Shown here: positions 12,708 to 19,545 of the stretch, one piece after another
How positions within the stretch are numbered: position 1 is the first letter of the stretch
Layout of the letters: every line of letters starts with the position of its first letter
NCBI GenBank assembly: GCA_049598495.1
Contig: JBMYNR010000031.1
Span: 1 to 19,545, forward strand
Source: Opitutales bacterium
GTDB lineage: Bacteria; Verrucomicrobiota; Verrucomicrobiia; Opitutales; Coraliomargaritaceae
Reading direction: 5' to 3'
Length of the DNA: 19,545 nt
Position numbers and translations under genes: made by a program
The notes under the pieces: generated by a model
What the model was told of the DNA's origin: nothing
Database searches by the model: none
The model's input: the letters and a program-made list of their open reading frames with translations, nothing else

Positions 12708-14696
12708 TTAGGCTTCTTCTTCCGGGTGGAGGTGGTAACCGCCGGGGCCCTCGATGGCCCAGAGAGCCACGCCGACTGCAATCATGACGAGGCCGAAGAT
12801 CGCGAGATAACCCATATAGGGGACGCCCGCCTGCATGAGCGACATGCCCAGTCCGAGCGGGACGAAACCAAGGGAAGCGATGAAGGGCATCCATGACTGA
12901 CTGGGCATATGAATCCCGTGTCCATGGTCGTCTTCATAAGTAATCCGGCGATTTTCCGGGCCGTATTTATCCTCCCAGACGGCATCACGAGCTGGAATGA
13001 TGGGTGTTTTTGCGAAATTGTAGACCTTGGGGGGGGAGGAGGTCGCCCATTCGAGGGTTCGCGCGTCCCATGGATCATCGCCGGCTGGTTCGCCGCTGCG
13101 GAAGCAACGAACGATATCGACTACAAGAAGCAGGATACCAAAAGCCAGAATATAGGCACCGATTGTGCAGATCAAATTGTAGGATTCCCAACCGAAGCCC
13201 TCTAGGTAGGTATGCGTCCTGCGCGGCATGCCGAGCAGACCGAGAAAGTGCATGGGGAAGAACGTAACATTGAGCCCTATCACTGAGAACACAGCAACCC
13301 AGGTGCTGAGGTTGCCCTTCCACATTTTACCGATCATCTTGGGTAACCAGAAGTAGATGCCGGCGACCACTGCGAGAAAAATTCCGCCAATTGCGACATA
13401 GTGGAAGTGGGCGATCACAAAGTAGCTATCCTGTTGCTGCGCATCGGCCGGTGCAGAGGAGTGCATAATGCCGGAGAATCCGCCCATCATGAACATCCAG
13501 ACGAAACCGAGCGAGAAGATCATCGGCGCTGTGAATTTTACGCGGCCGCCCCAGAGCGTGCCGACCCAGTTGAAGATCTTGACGCCGGTCGGCACCGCGA
13601 TCGCCATTGTTAGCAGCGAAAAGGCGGCCGTTGCAACTTTACCCAAGCCGGTGGTAAACATATGGTGCGACCATACGGCGAAGCCGAGGAAGCCGATCAC
13701 GGCGCCCGAGAAGACGACGATCGCGTAACCGAAGAGTGGTTTCTTGGAGAACGCGGGGAGCGTCTCCGAGATGATTCCCATTGCGGGTAGCACGAGAATG
13801 TAAACTTCGGGGTGACCAAAAATCCAGAAGAGGTGCTGCCAAAGAATAGGCTGACCACCACCGGCCACGACGAAGAAATTGGTTCCAAAGCAGCGGTCGA
13901 ACATCAGTTGGCCGAGAGCGATGGTAATTGCGGGGAATGCGAAAACAATGAGAAGGGAAACGACCAGCGTCATCCAGGTGAAGACGGGCATACGCATCAT
14001 CTTCATCCCCGGGGCGCGCATATTGACGATGGTAACGACGAAATTCATGGCAGCCGAGAGGGAGGCGACTCCGAGAATCTGCAGGCCGAGTATCCAGAAG
14101 TCGGTGCCAGCTCCGGTGAAGTTCAGATTGGTGAGCGGTGCGTAGCCGAACCAGCCCATTGCGGGGACGAAGTCGGTATGCCCGGCAGTTGGTCCACTCG
14201 CTTCAAAGAGTCCCATGACTTGCATTGCTTGAAGCACCCAGCCAAAGTTGATGACCAGCGCGCCTGCCACGAAGGCCCACAGACTGAAGCTGTTAATTCT
14301 TGGAAACGCGACATCTCGCGCGCCGATCTGAAGTGGCACGAGGAAGTTGAAAAACGCGGCATTTAGGGGCATGATCGCGAGGAAGATCATGGTCGTGCCA
14401 TGCATGGTGAAGAGCTGATTGTAGCGTTGTGCCGAGATTAAGTCATTCTCAGGAACCGCTAGCTGCGTGCGGATGATCAGAGCTTCGAGTCCACCGATAA
14501 GAAGGAAGAAGAGGGCAATGGCCCCGTACATGAGGCCGATCTTCTTGTGGTCGACCGTTGTCAGCCAATCGACGATCACACTCTTGCTGTGATCCGGCCG
14601 CATGAGGCCAAGGTTGCTGCGTTCCGGTTTGAGCACGTGCGACACATGCGAGTGAGTGGTATCAGGTGCTTGGGTTTCTGTTTCCGTATGACTCAT
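12708..14696 (-). CDS. ctaD: Cytochrome c oxidase subunit I (A1-type heme-copper oxidase)
   Basis: TVDHKKIG, TMHGTTMIF, WIFGHPEVY, VWSHHMF, AHFHYV, GMPRR, plus two extra C-terminal helices. Confidence 0.97.
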   Translation of the reverse strand: MSHTETETQAPDTTHSHVSHVLKPERSNLGLMRPDHSKSVIVDWLTTVDHKKIGLMYGAIALFFLLIGGLEALIIRTQLAVPENDLISAQRYNQLFTMHGTTMIFLAIMPLNAAFFNFLVPLQIGARDVAFPRINSFSLWAFVAGALVINFGWVLQAMQVMGLFEASGPTAGHTDFVPAMGWFGYAPLTNLNFTGAGTDFWILGLQILGVASLSAAMNFVVTIVNMRAPGMKMMRMPVFTWMTLVVSLLIVFAFPAITIALGQLMFDRCFGTNFFVVAGGGQPILWQHLFWIFGHPEVYILVLPAMGIISETLPAFSKKPLFGYAIVVFSGAVIGFLGFAVWSHHMFTTGLGKVATAAFSLLTMAIAVPTGVKIFNWVGTLWGGRVKFTAPMIFSLGFVWMFMMGGFSGIMHSSAPADAQQQDSYFVIAHFHYVAIGGIFLAVVAGIYFWLPKMIGKMWKGNLSTWVAVFSVIGLNVTFFPMHFLGLLGMPRRTHTYLEGFGWESYNLICTIGAYILAFGILLLVVDIVRCFRSGEPAGDDPWDARTLEWATSSPPKVYNFAKTPIIPARDAVWEDKYGPENRRITYEDDHGHGIHMPSQSWMPFIASLGFVPLGLGMSLMQAGVPYMGYLAIFGLVMIAVGVALWAIEGPGGYHLHPEEEA

Positions 14697-14706
14697 GCTG
14701 AAAAAC

Positions 14707-16026
14707 CTACTTTAGGGATTGTAGATAGAGTGAGATCTTGTGGATTTCATCGTCGGTGAGGAGAGCGGAATTGCCCTCGGCATCGATCAGTTCCCCGATA
14801 CCGCCGCCGTTTGCTTTCCACATTAAATTACCGGGTTTGACCACATCCGTCTCCTTGATCCATTTGAAGAAATTCTCGTATTGCTTCTCGGGGTCGATGC
14901 TGCCGTCTCCTTCGTTTCGGTGGTTCAACCAACCCGCTGCGATGGAATAACGGGAACCGACATTGGTTAGGTTTGGCCCAGCCACACCGAGTGCGCGCGG
15001 GTTGCCTTGGACCGCGTGGCAGGTCGCACACTTGCCACGGCCCATGAAGAGTTTTAGACCTTCGTTCAGATCGCCGGTGAGTGAATCAGGCTCTTCGCTG
15101 TAGGCCGTATACCACTCGTCCCAGGTCTTCCCATCAGGGGTGCCGTGTCCCTCGCGCTCATCGATGACCCACGCCGCAAACTCCTCGTCACTAACGACAT
15201 TTGCGCGAAAGAGCATGCGTGCATGGGAGTCGCCGCAGTATTCCGCGCACTGACCGTAGTAGTAATCGTGAATCTCATTTTCAAGGTAACTGGCATACTG
15301 GGCCCGAAGTTCGGGGCTGTCGCCCTCAAGTTCCTGTTTTTCCTTCCAGCGCGCGAAATTGTCGCCGGCCTGGATCCACATGGAGTTGCTCCGTCCGGGG
15401 ATGAGGTCGACCTTGCCTGCGATGCGTGGGAGCCAGAAGGAGTGGATGACATCGACAGAGCGAAGTTCCAGATGGACGACCTTGCCCGCAGGGATCATCA
15501 TCTCATTCGCCGTGGTGATGCCCAATTGAGGATACTCAAAGGCCCACCACCACTGGTAGCCGATGACTTTCACGATGAGAGGATTTTCGGCCTCTTCCTC
15601 GGATAGTTCCTCGCCGGTATACCAGGCGCCCATATGGCTCTCCGGGGTATCCGGAGTGTCGTGGGTATACCAAATGGCCCGCAGTGTCGGCACCGCGATG
15701 ATAACCAGAAGGAGGATCGATACACCGATCAAACTGATTTCAATGAGTGGGTTCCCATGGCCTTGAGAAGGGAGTGGGCGGTCATCATCCGGGCGCTCGC
15801 GGAATTTAATAATAGCGACGACATAGACGCCCCCCACAGCGATGAAGATGCCGAGCGTCACCCATACTGTAAGCATGAACAGGTTGTATTGCTCTTCGGC
15901 GATGGGACCCTTCGTCACGAAGGTCGTCATGCGAGTGTCCAGATTACAACCGCCAAGTAGGGCGACCATAATAAAAGCAGAAAAATACTGAGTGCAGCGG
16001 GTAAATCCGCTTGTGAGCGTCTTCAA
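14707..16026 (-). CDS. ctaC: Cytochrome c oxidase subunit II with fused cytochrome c (caa3-type), probable lipoprotein
   Basis: Lipobox-like LLGGC, two TM helices, GYQWWWAFEYP, DVIHSFW, CuA motif CAEYCGDSHARM, and C-terminal heme c motif CATCH. The TTG start is uncertain. Confidence 0.95.
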   Translation of the reverse strand: MKTLTSGFTRCTQYFSAFIMVALLGGCNLDTRMTTFVTKGPIAEEQYNLFMLTVWVTLGIFIAVGGVYVVAIIKFRERPDDDRPLPSQGHGNPLIEISLIGVSILLLVIIAVPTLRAIWYTHDTPDTPESHMGAWYTGEELSEEEAENPLIVKVIGYQWWWAFEYPQLGITTANEMMIPAGKVVHLELRSVDVIHSFWLPRIAGKVDLIPGRSNSMWIQAGDNFARWKEKQELEGDSPELRAQYASYLENEIHDYYYGQCAEYCGDSHARMLFRANVVSDEEFAAWVIDEREGHGTPDGKTWDEWYTAYSEEPDSLTGDLNEGLKLFMGRGKCATCHAVQGNPRALGVAGPNLTNVGSRYSIAAGWLNHRNEGDGSIDPEKQYENFFKWIKETDVVKPGNLMWKANGGGIGELIDAEGNSALLTDDEIHKISLYLQSLK

Positions 16027-16143
16027 AACGATTGTGCGTGTTAGTGAGTTCGTAGCGTCGATCTTCCAATTAGGAATTCGATGAGGGTGAGGTAAGCTAA
16101 GTAATACTTTCTGACAAGTTTATCTTCGTGGTTCTTGAAACAT

Positions 16144-16160
16144 CAGAATTGCTAATTCTG
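16144..16160. promoter_or_regulatory. Palindrome in the divergent ctaC/azurin spacer; candidate operator
   Basis: CAGAATT-GCT-AATTCTG. The regulator is not identified. Confidence 0.35.
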
Positions 16161-16210
16161 GTTTGTGTCGGCTTCCGACTTCGGCCTAAATCCGGATTTC
16201 TTCTATAAGT

Positions 16211-16750
16211 ATGAAATATTCAATCCTTTTTCCCGTCTTTCTGGCGCAGTTTTTTTCGGCTTGTAGTGATCCCGGGCACGATCACTCGGCGCACGACTCA
16301 GTCGGGCATGACCACGGGTCTGTCGCGGCCTCGGCCGCACCGCTCGAACCGGTCACGGTGGTCGATGGTGTAACGGTGATTCAGATGACAGGCAATGACC
16401 GTATGAAATTCAACATCGAGTCGTTTACGGTGTCTGCGGGAGGATCGGTGAAGCTCATTTTTAATAACGTCGGGAAGATGCCGAAAGCAGCTATGGGTCA
16501 TAATGTGGTCATTTTGGTCGCGGATGCGGATCCGGATGCGTTTGTGGCAGCATCCGCGTCAGCGCGTGAGAATGACTACATTCCCCCCGGATTCGACGAT
16601 CAGATTCTGGTGGCTACTAAGATATTGGGGCCCGGTGAAAGTGACACGATTGAGTTCACTGCGCCGAGCGAGGCAGGCGAATATGTCTATCTCTGCTCTT
16701 TTCCGGCGCACATGTTCGCTGGAATGCGTGGCGTTATGGTCGTCGAATGA
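16211..16750 (+). CDS. Azurin/auracyanin-like blue copper lipoprotein with His-rich linker
   Basis: Signal peptide ending FFSAC, linker GHDHSAHDSVGHDHG, GNDRMKFN, MPKAAMGHNVV, and type-1 Cu loop YLCSFPAHMFAGMRG. Confidence 0.92.
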   Translation: MKYSILFPVFLAQFFSACSDPGHDHSAHDSVGHDHGSVAASAAPLEPVTVVDGVTVIQMTGNDRMKFNIESFTVSAGGSVKLIFNNVGKMPKAAMGHNVVILVADADPDAFVAASASARENDYIPPGFDDQILVATKILGPGESDTIEFTAPSEAGEYVYLCSFPAHMFAGMRGVMVVE

Positions 16751-16753
16751 CCG

Positions 16754-17179
16754 CTACCACCATACGTAGAGAAACAAGTAAATAAGGACTCCGGTTACGG
16801 AGACGTAATACCAGATGGGGAAGGTCCAGCGGGCCCAGGCGCGGTGCCTCTCGCGCTTGTCGCGCAGTGCTAGGGTCAGTGTGGTAAGCACCAGTGGAAC
16901 AATCAGCATGGCGAGCGCGATGTGGGATGCCAGCATGACGTAATACAAGTAGCGCCAAATGCCCTCACCCACAAAGGGTGTGTGTACGCCTTGGACGAGA
17001 TATTTGTGCAAGACGTAGAAAAAGAGGAAGAAGACCGACACTGTGAAGGCCGACATCATGCAGGCGCGGTGTGCTTTCTCCCTCCCGGATTTAATAAAAA
17101 TGAACCCGGCTGTCAGTAGGATCGTGGCCGTGCCGTTGAGACAGGCATTGAGGGTAGGTAGTGATTCGGTAAAAGACAT
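16754..17179 (-). CDS. DUF420 family membrane protein (YozB/CtaM-like oxidase assembly factor)
   Basis: LPTLNACLNG, HRACM, LASHIALA, HRAWARWTFPIWYYVSVTGVLIY; lies within the cta cluster. Confidence 0.9.
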   Translation of the reverse strand: MSFTESLPTLNACLNGTATILLTAGFIFIKSGREKAHRACMMSAFTVSVFFLFFYVLHKYLVQGVHTPFVGEGIWRYLYYVMLASHIALAMLIVPLVLTTLTLALRDKRERHRAWARWTFPIWYYVSVTGVLIYLFLYVWW

Positions 17180-17186
17180 ATTCTCG

Positions 17187-18116
17187 CTAAGAGAGTAACC
17201 AGAGATCGAGCACGAGTGGAATCAGTAGCGCGGGTAAGTATAGGATCGAGGCGACAAAAAGCTGGCGGGCAGATGCATCTCGTTCAGGCAGCTTGAGGAA
17301 TCGGATCGCTGGACGCAGGATGTAGCAACCGCTAATCATCGCGACGGCAGCATAACCCATGCTGGCATAGCCGAGAAGCGTGGGGAGCAGTGAACTCATA
17401 ACGAGCGCAAGCGCGAAAATGAAGGCCTGTCGGGCCACTTTGGCTCCATTATTATCCGCATTGGATAACATGATAAAGCCCCCTTTGGCGTAGTCCTTGC
17501 GGTAGGTCCAGGCGATGGCAAAGAAGTGGGGCATTTGCCAGAGAAAGAGGATGGCGAAGAGGATCCAGCCGAGCGTGGAGATATTACCTTCGGCCGCTGC
17601 CCAGCCGATCAGGGGTGGCAGAGCTCCTGGGATGGCTCCGACCAACGTGTTCCAAGTCGTCAAACGCTTCAGCGGTGTGTAAAGTAGCACGTAGGAGGCG
17701 ATGGTCATCGCTGTCAGTAACCCAGCCAGCGGGTTCGCGCCGGCATAGAGTAGGTATGTGCCGAAAATACTCAGCCCTAGGCCGAACATGAGGGCATTGT
17801 AAGGCGAAATCTGTCCTGAAGGGATGGGACGATCCTTCGTGCGCACCATCTGCGCATCGGCTTCGCGCTCCAACCACTGATTGAGAACGGCCGCCCCGCC
17901 TGCGGCCAATGAGGTTCCGATGAGGAGACTTACGAGGACACCAAAATTACGCATTGGATCCGCCGCTAAATATCCAATCACCGCGGTGATCACGGACAGG
18001 AAACTCAGGCGGGGTTTGGTCAGTTCGTAGTAGCCATTCACTCGGGCTCGCAGCGAAAAAGTGGAATCGCTGCTCTCGGTGTTCGTGTGGCGGGTGTCTG
18101 TTTGCGGTAAGCTCAA
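17187..18116 (-). CDS. ctaB: Protoheme IX farnesyltransferase (heme o synthase)
   Basis: ELTKPR, LNQWLEREADAQMVRTKDRPIPSG, YTPLKR, GAIPGALPPLIGW, WQMPHFFAIAW..RKDY. The TTG start is uncertain. Confidence 0.95.
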   Translation of the reverse strand: MSLPQTDTRHTNTESSDSTFSLRARVNGYYELTKPRLSFLSVITAVIGYLAADPMRNFGVLVSLLIGTSLAAGGAAVLNQWLEREADAQMVRTKDRPIPSGQISPYNALMFGLGLSIFGTYLLYAGANPLAGLLTAMTIASYVLLYTPLKRLTTWNTLVGAIPGALPPLIGWAAAEGNISTLGWILFAILFLWQMPHFFAIAWTYRKDYAKGGFIMLSNADNNGAKVARQAFIFALALVMSSLLPTLLGYASMGYAAVAMISGCYILRPAIRFLKLPERDASARQLFVASILYLPALLIPLVLDLWLLS

Positions 18117-18126
18117 GGGAGGGTCG

Positions 18127-19122
18127 TCATGGACTGACTTCCGGTCTGCGAGGCCCGCTTCCGGAACGGTGTGCTAGAAAAGTTAGCCCCCACGTGCTGG
18201 CAAGGAGAAAAGCGCCTACGAGATGGTGGATGGTCGCGGCGTAGGGGTTCTTTGCTGTCCAGATGGTAAGAGCGCCGAGATAGATTTGGAGCCCAAGGGC
18301 AATGGCAAGGATCCAACTGGCATAGCCGAGTGCCCGCTTCGCCATTGGGGAACCCCATATTTTACCCATAAAGATACAGAGAATCACCGTTACGATGACC
18401 GCGCCGACTCGGTGGGCAAAGTGGATCGCGACATCGAAATTCCAGTAAGCGGGCAGGAGACTGTTGGCCGAAGCGAGCGGGAATTTGGCAATGGCGAGGC
18501 CCGCGTCGGCATGCCGCATAATAGCACCGATTAGAATCTGGAGAAAGACGGCCGTGGTTGAAATGATTCCCCAGCGCTTCACGCCGGCGGGGATTCCTCT
18601 CAGACGCTCACCGCCGCGTTCCAGCCAGTAACGGGAGCATGCGAGCGTGATGGCTACGAGCAGGCCGAGCACGATCATGGCGCCACAGGCGTGGATGACG
18701 GCAAAGGTTTGGGCCAGCAGATTGTGCTCCGTCATAAGATTCAGTTGATCGAAACGTACGCGGGCACCGCCGAGCACACCCTGAAGAATCACGACAAGAA
18801 GGAGCATTCGCGCCAGCATCCGCACCCAGGCTCTGGATTCACGCAAATAGGTCCAAATGAAAAGCCCGATGGAGAGAATCCCGATCTTCATACCGAGCAA
18901 GCGGTGACTGTGTTCGGCCAACTTGTCGGATTCGGTGAGCCATCCTTCCGGGTTGACGGAGCCATTGGAGAGGGGCCAGTCAAGAAAGGCCATGCCCGCT
19001 TTGATGCTCGTGGTGAAGCCGCCCATGTAGAGCAGGAGTGTGATCCAAGCCAGTGCGAAGATACAGTAAAAGAAGAGTAGGGGCTTGTATTGATCCGTAC
19101 GGTTGTGCGTAAGCGCTAACAT
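18127..19122 (-). CDS. ctaA: Heme A synthase (COX15/CtaA family)
   Basis: GMAFLDWPLSNG, EHSHRLLG, QGVLGG, HACGA, HFAHRVGA, QIYLGA, HHLVG; about eight hydrophobic segments; adjacent to ctaB. Confidence 0.93.
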   Translation of the reverse strand: MLALTHNRTDQYKPLLFFYCIFALAWITLLLYMGGFTTSIKAGMAFLDWPLSNGSVNPEGWLTESDKLAEHSHRLLGMKIGILSIGLFIWTYLRESRAWVRMLARMLLLVVILQGVLGGARVRFDQLNLMTEHNLLAQTFAVIHACGAMIVLGLLVAITLACSRYWLERGGERLRGIPAGVKRWGIISTTAVFLQILIGAIMRHADAGLAIAKFPLASANSLLPAYWNFDVAIHFAHRVGAVIVTVILCIFMGKIWGSPMAKRALGYASWILAIALGLQIYLGALTIWTAKNPYAATIHHLVGAFLLASTWGLTFLAHRSGSGPRRPEVSP

Positions 19123-19131
19123 AAGCGTTCA

Positions 19132-19159
19132 ACAATGCTCGGGCGGGATAATTTTTCAA
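19132..19159 (-). promoter_or_regulatory. Putative promoter of ctaA
   Basis: TTGAAA-N16-CATTGT, ending 9 nt before the ATG. Confidence 0.3.
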
Positions 19160-19328
19160 GTCCACGCTCCTTTCGTTTTCGAGATGGTCGTATGGCGCTA
19201 AACGCAAATCCCTGACTGCGGCGATTATTGAGGGCGGTGATTTCACCGAAGGCGTTGTGGGTGGTGTCGAGGCGACCAGAGGCGCAGCGGGCGGGACGGT
19301 CGAACTTTATCGAGGAGAGGCGGGAGCC

Positions 19329-19370
19329 GACGGAGTGCAGAAGCGCGGAGATGGCGAAGCCCCGAAGGGG
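19329..19370. repeat. Second copy of the dispersed GC-rich repeat seen at 1634-1660, followed by a CCCCGAAGGGG hairpin
   Basis: GACGGAG-tgcagaagc-GCGGAGATGGCGAAGC here, versus GACGGAG-cgaa-GCGGAGATGGCGAAGC (reverse complement of 1634-1660). Confidence 0.7.
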
Positions 19371-19442
19371 TGTGAGGAGGGTGGGTGTCCTGACGAACAA
19401 TGGAGGCCTGTTGCCACGTTGCGGCGTTGATCGGAGAAGCGG

Positions 19443-19545
19443 CTAACGTTTTGATTTGAAACGAACCACAGCATAGGCAATCCCAAAGAACACAGATAGA
19501 ACACCAAAGCCGAACGCCATCCGGGCATAAGTTTCACCATCTGCG
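19443..19545 (-). CDS. 3' end of an unknown membrane-anchored protein entering from beyond the right edge
   Basis: Minus frame ...ADGETYARMAFGFGVLSVFFGIAYAVVRFKSKR* (TAG at 19445-19443): a TM-like helix followed by a basic tail. Confidence 0.55.
   Translation of the reverse strand, partial: ADGETYARMAFGFGVLSVFFGIAYAVVRFKSKR

Noticed and set aside
19116..19540. Track ORFs 19116..19400, 19228..19446 and 19307..19540
   Set aside because: They translate the repeat-rich spacer with biased composition. A different minus frame ending at 19443 looks more like a real C-terminus.

Overview
A 19.5-kb bacterial chromosomal window, GC-rich by eye. The gene and repeat style suggests Verrucomicrobiota (Opitutia-like), but that is inference only. 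The left ~2.6 kb is an accessory patch. It holds an ISCR/IS91-family rolling-circle (HUH) transposase that the ORF track missed because it runs off the left edge (start 1423, minus strand). A perfect 17-bp palindrome abuts its start codon. Next come a decayed DUF4160/DUF2442 toxin-antitoxin-type locus and a cluster of four GTAG-type REP hairpins. The middle is gyrB-gyrA, split by a four-helix-bundle (23S-rRNA-IVP/TIGR02436-like) gene. That gene is enclosed by inverted hexamer-microsatellite arms able to form a 38-bp stem (37/38 pairs), and an 'empty' copy of the same stem lies at 2352-2418. This cassette is the most unusual structure in the window. A CymR-like Rrf2 regulator follows, convergent with an SLC13/TrkA-C permease. 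The right half is a caa3-type cytochrome c oxidase locus (ctaA, ctaB, DUF420, ctaCDEF, ctaG), interrupted by an antisense His-rich azurin lipoprotein gene. I saw no rRNA, tRNA or CRISPR array.
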